This document shows, in pieces, positions 1 to 11,842 of a stretch of 64,000 nt of DNA (within the stretch, counting starts at the first letter, position 1; each line of letters starts with the position of its first letter). The stretch lies in the NCBI GenBank assembly GCA_963777955.1, contig CAVZSQ010000015.1, forward strand, positions 96,001 to 160,000, given 5' to 3'. The translations under genes and the position numbers were made by a program. The stretch is from Calditrichia bacterium. GTDB lineage: Bacteria; Calditrichota; Calditrichia; JAJRVZ01. Under the pieces are notes generated by a model. That model searched no databases. It saw nothing but the letters and a program-made list of their open reading frames with translations, and was not told the origin of the DNA.

Positions 1-4
1 AGCA

Positions 5-1423
5 ATGTCCAGAGGCACCCAGATCAGCATCAGGAATCTTTTTTATAATACACCGGCCCGGCGGAATTTCTTGCGGGCCGACAGCACCGAACTGCAGCAA
101 ATCCTGACCACTTTGAAACGATTCATGCTGGCCTATCCGCATATCGAGTACGAGGTTTTTAACGGGGATAACCTGTTATTTAAAGTGGCCAGCGGTAATA
201 TCGAAGAGCGTTTGATCGATCTCTTTGGTGCCGAAGTGTTCCGCGGCCTGGTACTGGTGCATGAGACACTGGGCGGAATTGAATTATCCGGATTTATCTC
301 CAGACCCGATCTCGTTCGCAAAACACGGGGAAACCAGTTTCTGTTTCTGAATGGCCGCCCGATCCAGGATAAATCATTAAATCATGCCATTTACCAGAGT
401 TATGGAAATCTGATTGCCACCGGTGATTATCCAGCGTATATTTTTTTTCTGGAAATGGATCCGCGCCTGGTGGATGTGAACGTTCACCCCACCAAGATGG
501 AAGTCCGTTTTGCCAATGACCGCAGTCTTTACTTCTTCTTACTGTCTTCGATCCGCAAAGTATTCACCGAGGAAAAAATAATTCCTAAAATTGAAAGCGG
601 GACGACTGCAATTACTGGAGCGGGTGGCGATCAGGTGGTGGAACGAATCGATATTGCCCAGGAATTTAAAAATCGCCGCAAATTCCTTTCCCGTGATCTG
701 GAACAGCAACTGAGCCTGGTTTATTTTAAACCAAGGGAAAATCCGGCAGCGACTGCAGATCCAATAACTTCTGCGGCACAGGATTTAGCCCTGGGCGTGA
801 CCCGCGTGGATGTCCTATTCTGGCAGATCCATAATCGCTATATTGTTTCAGAAATAAAAAGCGGTATTGTAATTATCGATCAGCATGTGGCCCATGAACG
901 CATACTTTTTGAAAAAATGCTCAGAGTTTTACATGGTACTGAACAGTCGGTAGGGCAGCAATTGCTGTTTCCGCAGACCCTGACCCTGGCTGTGGATGAT
1001 TTTCTGATTTTAGAAGATTTTTTATCCGGACTGGAAAAAATCGGATTCAGTATCCGGATTTTCAGCGGTCGCAGCATTGTCATCGATGCGATCCCGCTGG
1101 ATGTGAAAATAGGACGTGAAGCACAAATCCTGCTTGACATTGTCGATTATTATAAGGAGAATCCGGGTAAAACGATCGATCGCATGGAAAAATTAGCAGC
1201 TGGTTTCGCCTGTAAAAATGCGATCAAATCCGGTGAGTCACTGTCCCAGGCAGAAATGCATGCGATGGTCGATCAGTTATTTGCCTGCCAGGAACCTTAT
1301 TTCTGCCCGCATGGCCGTCCGGTGATCATCACCATGGATCTGGATGAGTTTGACCGGAAATTTAAACGGATAGTTATAGATGAAGATCGCACTATTTTTG
1401 GTTGGTCCGACAGCCATCGGTAA
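5..1423 (+). CDS. mutL: DNA mismatch repair endonuclease MutL (5' part lies before the window)
   Basis: RNLFYNTPARR, VDVNVHPTKMEVRF, C-terminal endonuclease motifs DQHVAHER, ACK, CPHGRP; adjacent to miaA. The tail after FKR overlaps miaA by 44 nt and may be an indel artefact. Confidence 0.97.
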   Translation: MSRGTQISIRNLFYNTPARRNFLRADSTELQQILTTLKRFMLAYPHIEYEVFNGDNLLFKVASGNIEERLIDLFGAEVFRGLVLVHETLGGIELSGFISRPDLVRKTRGNQFLFLNGRPIQDKSLNHAIYQSYGNLIATGDYPAYIFFLEMDPRLVDVNVHPTKMEVRFANDRSLYFFLLSSIRKVFTEEKIIPKIESGTTAITGAGGDQVVERIDIAQEFKNRRKFLSRDLEQQLSLVYFKPRENPAATADPITSAAQDLALGVTRVDVLFWQIHNRYIVSEIKSGIVIIDQHVAHERILFEKMLRVLHGTEQSVGQQLLFPQTLTLAVDDFLILEDFLSGLEKIGFSIRIFSGRSIVIDAIPLDVKIGREAQILLDIVDYYKENPGKTIDRMEKLAAGFACKNAIKSGESLSQAEMHAMVDQLFACQEPYFCPHGRPVIITMDLDEFDRKFKRIVIDEDRTIFGWSDSHR

Positions 1424-2322
1424 AACCGACCTGTCAATAGACATTGCCCGGCGTTTACCGGTGGAGATTGTTTCGGCCGATGCCCGCCAGGTCTATCGCC
1501 TGCTGGATATCGGTACGGCCAAACCTACCAAGGGTATGCTGGACTCCGTTCCCCATCATCTGATCAATTTCCTCAGACCGGAGGAATATTTCAGCGCCGG
1601 ATCCTACGCCAAAATAGCCAGAATAATTATTGAACAGATTTTTCAGCGGCAGAAAACGCCTTTAATCGTGGGAGGTTCTGGTCTGTACATCAAATCATTG
1701 ATTGATGGTATCATGGATCTGGAAATTCGCGATGAAAAAATCCGCAGTTCATTGCGCCAGCGGTTACTCAGGGAGGGTATAGCCGGCCTGTATGCCGACC
1801 TGCAGGAAAAGGATCCCCAGCTGGCTGCCCGCCTGAAACCAAACGATAAGCAGCGTATTATTCGCGGCCTGGAAGTGGTTCTCAGCACAGGTAAGAAATT
1901 GTCCGATCTGCTGGAAGCGCCAACCGCTGTGGCAGATTTTACTCCACTGATCTTTGGCCTGACCGCCGATAAAGCCTGGTTGTATGAACGCATCAATATT
2001 CGTGTCGAAGCGATGTTTGAACGGGGATTCTTATCTGAGGTGGCCAATTTGAAACTGCGCGGCTACTCGCCAAGCCTGAATTCTCTAAATACGGTAGGAT
2101 ATAAGGAAGTTTATGAATACCTGGATAACCGGACTAAATTATGACCAGATGCTGGAATTAATTAAAGCAAATACCCGCCATTATGCCAAACGCCAACTGA
2201 CCTGGTTCCGCCAGGATCAGCGCATTATCTGGATCGAGATCAATCAGCACAGTGACAGGCAAAAAATCGCCGAGGATATTGTACAACGGTATAAAAAATC
2301 ACTGGCAGGAATGAAAAACTAA
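1380..2322 (+). CDS. miaA: tRNA dimethylallyltransferase, split by one frameshift near 2130 (ORFs 1380-2144 and 2113-2322)
   Basis: GPTAIGKT P-loop, SADARQVYR, IVGGSGLY; C-terminal TRHYAKRQLTWFR in the second frame. Confidence 0.95.
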
Positions 2323-2446
2323 AAGTTACTTTAAATTATATATATTTAAACTATTACATTAGATATTTCTTCTGAATTGATGATTCTGACTATGATTTGA
2401 CGCATTTTATTTTCAATTTTTGCTAATTATAATTAAAAGGGATGTA

Positions 2447-4296
2447 ATGATGAAACGGATACATTTGTTTATTCTAATATTTTTTTACAGCGGGGTTTGG
2501 TTAAGTCTCATACAAGCGCAACATCTCAGCATTAAAAATGTAGAGCCCCCCAACTGGTGGATCGGCATGGAACAGGATTCGCTGCAGGTAATGTTGTCTG
2601 GTTCCCATTTAACAGGAATAAAGGTCGAATGCAATCAGGCCGGCATCCGGATATTGAAAATAAAAAGTGATTTCAACGATAATTATGCCATCATAGATCT
2701 GAAACTGGATCAGAATCTTGCAGCAGGTGAATACGATTTAATATGCTCAAATAAATATGGCCGGGTCAGCGTAAAATATCCTTTGAAAGAACGGTCGAAC
2801 ACTGCCGGGCGTTACCAGGGCTTTGACAGCCGGGACGTAATTTATTTAATTACACCCGATCGCTTTGTAAATGGCGATACAACCAATGATTACCACCCGG
2901 ATATGCACGATAAATTTGAAAGATCCAGTCCGCTCGGCCGCCATGGCGGTGATATTCAGGGTATAATCGATAAACTGGATTATTTGCAGGACCTGGGCGT
3001 AACTGCCTTATGGATCAATCCGCTGCTGGAAAATAATATGAACATATCTTATCACGGTTACGCTGCTACCGATCTGTACAAAATCGATCCGCGTTTTGGC
3101 AGTAATGATCTGTATTTCAAACTTGTGGCCGAAGCTCATAAACATAACTTAAAAATAATCATGGATCACGTTTCGAACCATGTCGGGATTGAGCATCCCT
3201 GGTTAAAAAATTTACCCATGCCGGACTGGATAAACGGCAGTATTGCCGGCCATCAAAGGAATCACCACGGGAAAGATATCCTGCAGGATATTCATGGTGA
3301 CTCGGTCCTGGCCAGCAACACCCTTACCGGCTGGTTTGTTTCAGAAATGCCCGACCTGAATCAAAAAAATGAATTTGTGGCCAGGTATTTAATTCAAAAT
3401 ACTCTGTGGTGGATTGAATCGAGCGGTCTGGACGGAATTCGGGAAGATACCTATCCTTATGTCGATCAGGAGTATTCAGCCCGCTGGGCTAAAAAAGTTT
3501 TGACACAATATCCTGACTTTAATATTGTCGGTGAAGTATGGATTCAGGATCCGGTTTTTGTCGCTCCGTATCAGCAGGGCAGCGTACTGGCCCGGCAGCA
3601 TAATACTTATCTGCCCTGTGTAACTGATTTCGGCCTGTTTAATGCTTTCGGCGATCTTTTTTACCGGCAACGGGGGATTTCAAGTATTTACCATTGTATC
3701 ACCCATGATTTTCTTTATGCAGATCACGGCCAACTCCTTACCTTTATTGACAACCATGATGTTCTGCGTGTGATGGATCTGGTACAGGGGGATATACGCC
3801 GGTTCAAAATGGCTCTGCAAATATTGTTCACGCTGCGGGGTATTCCCCAGATTTATTACGGCACTGAAATCGGATTGCGCGGAGGAACTGATCACGGACT
3901 GATCCGCGCTGACTTTCCCGGGGGGTTTTACCAACAGTTCAAGAAATGCCTTCGGCCGGGAGGGTCGGAACGATCTGGAGAACGAGTTATTTGACTTTCA
4001 CCAAAAATTTATTAAAATTACGCCGCAGCTTTCCTGCCCTGAGCCAGGGTGAAATGATTCATCTGCCGGCCTTTAATGAGTTTTATATCTATTTCCGGAT
4101 TCTGAATGATGAGAAAATAATGATCGTGGTCAATAATCTGGACCAGCCGAGGAGTATCGATACCGGACTGTTTGAGCATCATTTTAAAAATACGAAATAC
4201 CTGCTGAATATTGAAAACGATTCGTTGATTACATACAGCAGTGGTATGGATCTGCCGCTGGATGGTTTAGATGTTCAGATGTATCAATTAAAATAA
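2447..4296 (+). CDS. Secreted GH13 cyclomaltodextrinase/neopullulanase (SusA-like), frameshifted near 3930-3990
   Basis: Signal peptide, VEPPNWWIGM N-domain, YLITPDRFVNGD, YHGYA, catalytic GIREDTYPY / VGEVW / FIDNHD, GIPQIYYGTE; C-domain in ORF 3946-4296. Confidence 0.9.
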
Positions 4297-5952
4297 TCAG
4301 TTCTTTTTCTTGCCGAACTCCGGATCGATTTGGACAAACTTCAGTACGGCGAAGGAAGGAATAGTAGCAAGCTATGATATAGACGAAAAAGTGCTGGTAA
4401 CCAAGGATTGTCTGAATGTACCCGCTGATCAATCCCGGAATCATCATGCCCAGGGCCATGAAAGCCGTGGAAATGGCATAATGGGAAGTCTTGAATTCTC
4501 CCTCTGAAATATAGATCATGAACAGCATATAAGCCGTAAATCCAAAACCGTAACCAAGTTGTTCTATAGCGACACAGGTGCAGATCACGGAAAAATTCTC
4601 GGGTTGTACATAGGCCAGATAGACATAGACCAGATCCGGCAGATTTATGGACAAAGCCATCGGCCATAGCCAGGCTTTCAGTCCGTGCCGTGAGGCCAGG
4701 AATCCGCCGCTCAAACCGCCGATAATCAGTGCGATCACTCCGATAGTACCATAGACCAGACCAACCTGGGAGGTGCTCAAAGCCAGACCTCCGGCTTCCT
4801 GAGCATCCAGCAGAAACGGAGAAGCAAGTTTTACCAGTTGTGATTCAGCAAAGCGGTACAGTAACAGAAAGGCAATCATACCTCCTATGCCGGGTTTGTT
4901 GAAATAGGTTCGGAAGACATGCAGATTGGCAGCCAGGAAGTTCCTGGTATCCCTGGCCGCATCGCTGACAGGATAGGGTAATAAAAACCGATGATACAGA
5001 GCCAGAGGCTAAAAAGATAATCCCCAGTACCCAGAAGGCCACCTGCCAGCTGAAAAATTGTATTGCCTGCAATGGCTGCAAACACCGTCTGGCCAGGTTC
5101 AGTTAATTTCTGATCGACTTTGATAACCAGTTTAACAGGTTTATTCCAGTTATCCTGATCAAATTCGAGTTCTACTTCAGACGGTATGTATATATTTTTA
5201 TTTCCGCTCTGGCGACCGAAACGAACGATAATCTTTTGCCCCTCCTGCGGCGGGGCAGAGAGAGTGATATTTACCAAAACAGAGTCAGGTGTGGAAATTC
5301 CTGGCTGAGGAAGGGGGATTTCCAATTGATCTGGAAAAACCACAATCTCAGGTTTACCCCCTGCCGCGACATTATTCATTTTTTCTTCGGCAGCCAAAGG
5401 TTTCCATTGATCATAAGGAACTGCAGTTACCCGTACCTGTACCGGTTCCAGGCCGGTTTTTGATTCAACGTATCCGGCCAGCATGACAATCAATCCCGAG
5501 GCGGTAATCATGGCCAGACGGTAGAAAGTGCTGCGGATTCCCACAAACCAGGTCTGCTGGTGAGCATTCAGACCCAGCATATAAAAGCCATCGGCCGCGA
5601 TGTCGTGGGTGGCAGAAGAGATAGCCACGATCCATAATAAACTTAGACTGATTGTAAAGTACCAGGGCAGTGCAAGCATGAATCCAATAGTGATAAAGGT
5701 ACAGGCCAGGATTAATTGCATCCAGAGCACCCAGTTCCGTTTGGTGGAATAAATATCAACCAGCGGGCTCCATAAAGGCTTGATGGTCCAGGGGAGATAT
5801 AGAATACTGGTCCAGAATGCGATTGCAGTGTTTGAGATACCCAATCTCTGGTACATCACAACCGAAACTGTCATGGCAATTATAATTGGAATCCCTTCGG
5901 CATAATAGAGTGAAGGTACCCACCACCAGCCGTTACGCTTTTCGGTTCTCAT
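4297..5952 (-). CDS. ampG: AmpG-like muropeptide MFS permease with a soluble insertion of about 135 aa; several frameshifts
   Basis: WVPSLYYAEGIP, LPWTIKPLWSPLVD, SATHDIAADGFY, GIRSTFYR, LLYRFAESQL, EQLGYGFGFTAY; alternative-frame C-terminus IDPEFGKKKN-stop at 4297. Confidence 0.88.
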
Positions 5953-6016
5953 GACATCCCCTGTTTATTATCCCGCTAAGAGCGAATCACTGTCTATGTA
6001 CATCCGATCAGGATTG

Positions 6017-7352
6017 TTATTTATAAATCGTGGTTAAGTGACTGCCGGGGTAATAGTGCTTTACAATTTCTTTGGTCTGATATCCCCGTAAAGCCATTCC
6101 CAGGGCTCCGATCTGGCAGAGTCCCACTCCATGCCCCCAGCCGGCACCATGGATGGTGAATTGGACCGGAATATTATCTTTGCCTTTCTTCGAACTGAAA
6201 TAGATACAGGAACTGTACAGGAATCCCTGCTGCAGCGCTCTGCGGATCTGGACGTCCCGCTGAACAATAGTTGTGCACACTTTTCCCGCGGCATCAATGT
6301 ATTTCACCTGCAGGCGGACAATCCGTCCTGAACCACCCCGTTCCAGGGGAACGAAATCGAGTATAGATTTTGCTTTTAGATTTAATTTTGCATTTAACAG
6401 ACTGCATATTTCCTGTTGAGAATAAACTACCTGCCAGCGGAAATATTTTCCTTCTTCATCCACATTACCCAGATATTTTTTGAGTTCTTTTTCCGGGATG
6501 GTCGAAGAGCTGCAGAATGAAAGGGGAGTCTGGTTGATCCAATCGATCACCCTCTGTTCGGAATCCAGCTCGTTTATCGCTCCGGCAACAGCGGGATCGG
6601 TATCCGGTCTGACCTGCAGATAATCATGATCCTGGCCGCCCCAGATGGCCGAAAATCTCTCGGATATTCCGCCGCAACTTTTGGAATAGCGGGCATCGCA
6701 GATACGATCCTGAAAAAGCAGAACCTGTCCGCGGGTGTTTTCCGCCGCCTGGATTGATGGAGTAGTAAGGTTTCCGGTGCCCTGGTAACGCTGGCAGCAA
6801 TCATCATTGCAGACATCGAATCCGTAGCGTCGCAGATGTTTTTGCTCCACGTTGGCCAGCATCCAGGAGCGGGCGGCGATAGTCTGGGCTTCCAGGAAGG
6901 CAGCCGGACAGCGGGCGCTCATCTCGGCAGTGGCGACGCAGATCAGGTATTGCTCCAGCGGCAGTTCATTGATCAGCAGCAGATGTCCGTCCTGCACGCT
7001 GACTTCCAGATTTCCCGGCAGATAAACATCGATAAATTTTTGCCAGTGAAATCCGCGACCGGCCGGAACGCCGGATACTTTTATACCACCGGCTGGTTTT
7101 ACCGGAGAGGCCTGGGCAGCAGAAATCACCCAGGTCGAATCGATGCCCACGCCCGCGCAATTAACTTTTTCCTCCTCCTGTTGAAAGATAAATGGACCTT
7201 TTTTTAAAGATTTTATTAATTGATGCAGAACGGAGAGTATAGTTTCCATCTGCCGGGATTTCCAATTTTATCCGGTCGATTTTATCTTCGGGTAAGATGA
7301 TGCCCACGCGGATATTCGGTTCGATTTTGGGAATTATATCAGTTTGCAGCAT
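6017..7352 (-). CDS. SpoIID/LytB domain protein (putative lytic transglycosylase/amidase enhancer), frameshift near 7200
   Basis: INELPLEQYLICVATAEM, AQTIAARSW, DVCNDDCCQRYQG, YSKSCGG, GAGWGHGVGLCQIGA, HYYPG; N-terminus EPNIRVGII in ORF 7161-7352. Confidence 0.92.
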
Positions 7353-7385
7353 TATTATTTCCTCTGAAGAGGGCGCTCCTCAAAA

Positions 7386-7648
7386 TGTCATTCTGACGAG
7401 TCTCGATTTTATCGGGACGAGGAAGAATCTTAATTTTAATTTAAAAAATTATCCGTTCGTCCGTCGTTCAGTTCCGACCTAATCTGCCAATGACGCCTTC
7501 GGCGACCTACTCCCGCTTTCGCGGGGGCAATCTTTAATTATCTGGCCAAAACTTGTCCCCGTCCCGTTTTTCAACGGGATAAACTCCGGTTGGGAACAGG
7601 TCGAAGATCTGCGACGAATTTAAACTCGCCCCACGATTTCATCGGGAC
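7386..7648. repeat. Nest of short REP-like hairpin elements in the kinase-lytB spacer
   Basis: Three related hairpins GTCTCGATTTTATCGGGAC (7400-7418), GTCCCGTTTTTCAACGGGAT (7561-7580), CCACGATTTCATCGGGAC (7631-7648); the first sits inside TGTCATTCTGA...GAAGAATCT (7386-7430). Confidence 0.6.
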
Positions 7649-7677
7649 TCAAACATAAATTCGCGAAAAAAACATCA

Positions 7678-8916
7678 TTAATTATAGCCCCCTGTTTCAC
7701 CATAGTGATTGTTCAAAAAAGCATCAATTCCAGCTCCCAGCGCAGGAGCTTCACGTAAACTGGAACAAACAATTAATTTTGATCGCAATCGTTTACCGCT
7801 CAGATAGTGTTCTTTGATCTTTTTGGGTAATGCGGTTGAATCCATGAATCAGTTCAGCTAGATTCCTGATCAGGGGATTCCATAATATCTTTTTACCTGC
7901 TCGGACTTTTCATCAACTCACCCAACCTCTGACCGATTACAATCCTGTCGAAAACTTCTCCGCGAAAAGGATGATCCGCTGTCAACGGTGCGCGGGCAGG
8001 ATTGACAAACTCAAGCAGTGCTTGCCAACCTGAATACAGGGTGGTGATCCTCTCCACTAAAAGCAAACTCAGATATTTAACCACCTGCTGGTAGGCTAAG
8101 ACGGCCGCCGGATCACCTTTTACTGCCCGCCGGGCGATCTGCAAAGGAAATATTTTTTTCCGGTTTAATTCATCAACGGACAAGCCTGCTAATTGACTAT
8201 AGATAAATTGCATTCCGGAAGCTGAAGCATATCTTTCCATGGCCAGGCCCAAATCGTTTTTCATTTCCCAGGTCTTAATCAGCCAGTTTTTTGTCTGATC
8301 AAAAGGGACCAATTGCCTGTGCATTAATAAAGCATCGGCTGCACCGGTACCGCCACCAAGATAATACGCATTGTCGGTCTTCTGGAACAGACCGTCTCTG
8401 GCGTACAATTCGCCGATCCCGCAGTAATCTGCATCGCTGCCCAGGTGACTTACAGGTGCGAGGAATTGAATACCGGCCTGTTTAACTTTTGCTTCAACCT
8501 GCGCGGCATAATCAGGAATTCGCGGACCATTGGCCATAACGTTTATTCCCCGGCGATCTGCGGTTTTAAGTCCCGGCATGCCGATCCCCACCAGGACAGA
8601 TGTGCCTTCACCTTTTTGGGCTAAATCAATGACCACGCGGGCGCAGGCCTCGATAAAAACCGAACCCTGTTGAGTTTCTTGTTCGCTTAAAACAATTGTA
8701 TTCTGCTCCGCTTGCTGCAATTGGACCATGACCGGAAAGGGCTTAAAATCGCTGATGAAACCGGGTACAGCATCCATAACTCAATTCGGAATGGGCAGAA
8801 GTGAGAGTAAAATTATTTTCTTTTTCAGCATGGCGGACTATCCAGCCGCTTACTTTAGTGGCACCGCCATCAATTCCGATTAAAGTATATTTTTGGTCCG
8901 GGTGTTGTTTTTTCAT
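7678..8916 (-). CDS. Divergent ROK/ASKHA-family sugar kinase, frameshifted (core ORF 7893-8777)
   Basis: Manually read N-terminus MKKQHPDQKYTLIGIDGGATK (ATG 8916); VGIGMPG, GSDADYCGIGE, YYLGGGTG, ERYASASG; C-terminus LREAPALGAGIDAF ending at stop 7678. Confidence 0.75.
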
Positions 8917-8972
8917 TTTAAGAATAAATGAATAAATGTTAATTCCATATTCTATAATGCGGCATAAAAAAT

Positions 8973-10567
8973 TTATTTTCTTCTTTTATTTAATTTAATT
9001 CTCCGCTCGATGGCCTGATAACGCATCTGATCCTTGGCTTCATCATTCCGGTCAATCGTTTGCTGGTCTATGCTGTGATCCGTACCCCCTTTATGTCGTA
9101 CCACATCATATACCGGTTCCCAGATGCGTCCAACTTTGTACTTTTCGCTTATTTTGAGCACCATATCGTAATCTTCGCCGTAATTCCGGGCATATGGTTC
9201 GTCATTGACGGCGAAGTACCCCAGTCTCTTTAATAATGTTGATCGGTATTGAGCGTGGTGCTCCGGCGCCGTTGATACGCAGCAAATTATTGCGGCCGTT
9301 TTTTTCAGTCCATTCATCATGAGTAACTACCGGAATACCCTCCACCCGTTCGGTAATACCCGTTGCGTCATTCAATTGCCAGACTTCATAGGAACCGATA
9401 ACAATACCTATCGCCGGATCACTCTTAAAAACTTCCAATATTTTTTCCACCCCCTGCGGTTTTAAGCGGTCATCGGAATCAAGTTGTACATAGATCTCTC
9501 CACGCGCTGCCTCAATACCGCAATTCAGAGATAATCCGATATTGTTGATATCGAGAACAATTAAGCGCACCTCCGGCCGGCCGGAGATATATTTAATTCC
9601 GCCTGCCATGTAGGCTTTAACGGCATTGATAGTGGGATCCTGCTGCCCGCCATTGACCACCACGATCACTTCCAGATCTTTTACGGTTTGATTCAACACA
9701 CTCTCAATGGCCGTACCGATGAACTCCGGCCGGTTATTGACCGGGATAATCACCGAGGTTTTTAAACGAGATTTGGGAACGGTTTTCGGCCGGCGCTGAT
9801 AGAATGAACCAGCTTTTAAATATGCACCAATCCGTTTCAGATGCCGACTGACCACCTGTTCTGCTTCCAGTTGACTCTCTTTCCCGGCCAGCAGATAGTC
9901 AAAAACATTATGTCCTTTTTCAGCGGCAACTACTTTATACAACGATCCGGCATAACGGTTTGATATATGGATTAATTCGGACTTCTCGGATATTTTCAAA
10001 CGCAGATCATATAAGGTATTGAATTTCAAATCCGCATCGGCACCCCTGACTTTTGTCCAAACCGCTTTGGTTATAAAATATACCGCTCCATAGTCCTGAT
10101 TATCCCGCAGTCGTCCTCGATGATGCGTCAGTAAATGTATTTCTTTGGCGGTACTGTTATTTTCGATTTCATAATCGGCATAAATCAAGCCCGCTGCGGG
10201 ATGGCGCTGAGCGGCCAGCAGAAACAGGGCAGTGGCAGTGTTTTTAAGTTGAACTTCGGTCCGCTGGTTATTGATCAGCAGAATATATTCTCCATGGCAA
10301 TGCCTGACTGCCGCATTTAGCCAGGCCCCCATGGTTGAATATTTACCATGAATGCAGCGCAGCGGATTACTTTCCGTATTCAACTTGCTTAATTCAAGGT
10401 GTACAGCTGGATCATTGAGTTGATCCATAATGATGACTTCTACTCCCTGACCATACTGTTGAAAAATGGATTTTATCATTTGATAAAATTTTTCCAGGGG
10501 ATAAGGTGAATCAGAATTCAAAAAAATTAAGGCGCTTACTTTCGGTTCTGGGGAGTTTTACCGGCAT
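8973..10567 (-). CDS. Two-domain GT2 family glycosyltransferase, frameshifted (ORFs 9202-10521 and 8973-9320)
   Basis: SVIIPVNNR, AIESVLNQT, YVQLDSDD, HDEWTEKNGRNNLLRINGAGAPR, YGEDYD; probable ATG at 10567 preceded by GAGG. Confidence 0.85.
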
Positions 10568-10585
10568 ATCTTTCCTCATCATTGA

Positions 10586-11842
10586 TCAGTAGATCAAGTA
10601 TTTTTCGCGTATGGAGATAAATTTAGTTAAATCTTCCTGCCATGATTTTTCAATTTCGCTGACCGGAATTTTTTCTTTTAGCATTTTAGTAATTTTGTCC
10701 GTACCGAGCACTTTATTGAACATATCTACACGATCCGCTTTGGCAAATAGATCCTGGTCTGGGTATAATTTTATAAGTGTCTGCAAGATATATAACCCGG
10801 TAACATAGGGGGAAAAATGTTTGGTATCGGTTAGATGCAATTGTACACCCTGGCAGATCTGTCCGGCATAGGTCAGATAAAATGGTTTAAAATACAAAGG
10901 CCGGAAATGAACTCCTTTAAGCTGCAATAAATTCAACCTACCCGCAAATTCGACTCCATCAATCCAGGGTGCACCGAGCAACTCAAAAGGGGAGGTATAG
11001 CCGACTCCGTTCGAAAATGTGTATAATTCACCCAATGGTCCGGTGGCAACCATATACAGAGCGGTTTCCCAGTTCGGAATGTGAGGCGAAGTCGGTACCC
11101 AGTTGAGTCCGGTTTCGTCCCAGTACATCGATCGCTTCCAGCCCCGCATTGGCACGACCTGCAATTCGCAATGGATTCCGTATTCTTCATTGAATAAGCG
11201 GGCTAACTCGCCTATGGTCATACCATGCCGGTAGGGGATCGGATACATGCCCACGAAAGAGAAAAATTCCGGTTCGGCGGGATTGCCTTCAACCTGCAGC
11301 CCGCCGATAGGATTAGGCCGGTCCAGGACGATTACTTTTATATTATGTTCAGCAGCAGCAGACATCACTTTCGCCATGGTGTAGATAAAAGTATAACCCC
11401 GCAAGCCGATATCCTGGATGTCTACCAGAATAACATCGACATTTTCCATAGCTTCCCGGGTTGGTTTTAATCTGCTACCGTACAAACTGTAAACCGGCAG
11501 ACCGGTTAAAGAATCTGTTAAATCCGTAACTTTTTCTCCGGCGTAACTGGCACCGCGGATACCGTGTTCCGGGGCAAAGTAAGCAGTGAGATTGATATTC
11601 TTATGCTGAAATAACAGATCGGCCGTAGCCTGCAAATCTCTGTTCACACCGCTGGGATTGGTTAATAATCCCACTCGTTTACCTGACACCTGGGTCAGAT
11701 AGTGTTCTAAAAAGTTATCTATGCCGAGCAGCAGTGTGTCGGCCTTGGCAGGTGGTGGGGTAAAGGGTAAAGCAGATTTAACTTGCGGCCGGCAGGCGGC
11801 TAACAAAAGTAAAAAAAAAATCTGATAAAAGTATCGCAACAT
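10586..11842 (-). CDS. namZ: Exo-beta-N-acetylmuramidase NamZ/YbbC (DUF1343) lipoprotein
   Basis: GLLTNPSG, APEHGIRG, SLYG, DIQDIGLRGYTFIYT, LDRPNP, RHGMTIGELA, WVPTSPHIP; lipobox LAAC after ATG 11842. Confidence 0.92.
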   Translation of the reverse strand: MLRYFYQIFFLLLLAACRPQVKSALPFTPPPAKADTLLLGIDNFLEHYLTQVSGKRVGLLTNPSGVNRDLQATADLLFQHKNINLTAYFAPEHGIRGASYAGEKVTDLTDSLTGLPVYSLYGSRLKPTREAMENVDVILVDIQDIGLRGYTFIYTMAKVMSAAAEHNIKVIVLDRPNPIGGLQVEGNPAEPEFFSFVGMYPIPYRHGMTIGELARLFNEEYGIHCELQVVPMRGWKRSMYWDETGLNWVPTSPHIPNWETALYMVATGPLGELYTFSNGVGYTSPFELLGAPWIDGVEFAGRLNLLQLKGVHFRPLYFKPFYLTYAGQICQGVQLHLTDTKHFSPYVTGLYILQTLIKLYPDQDLFAKADRVDMFNKVLGTDKITKMLKEKIPVSEIEKSWQEDLTKFISIREKYLIY

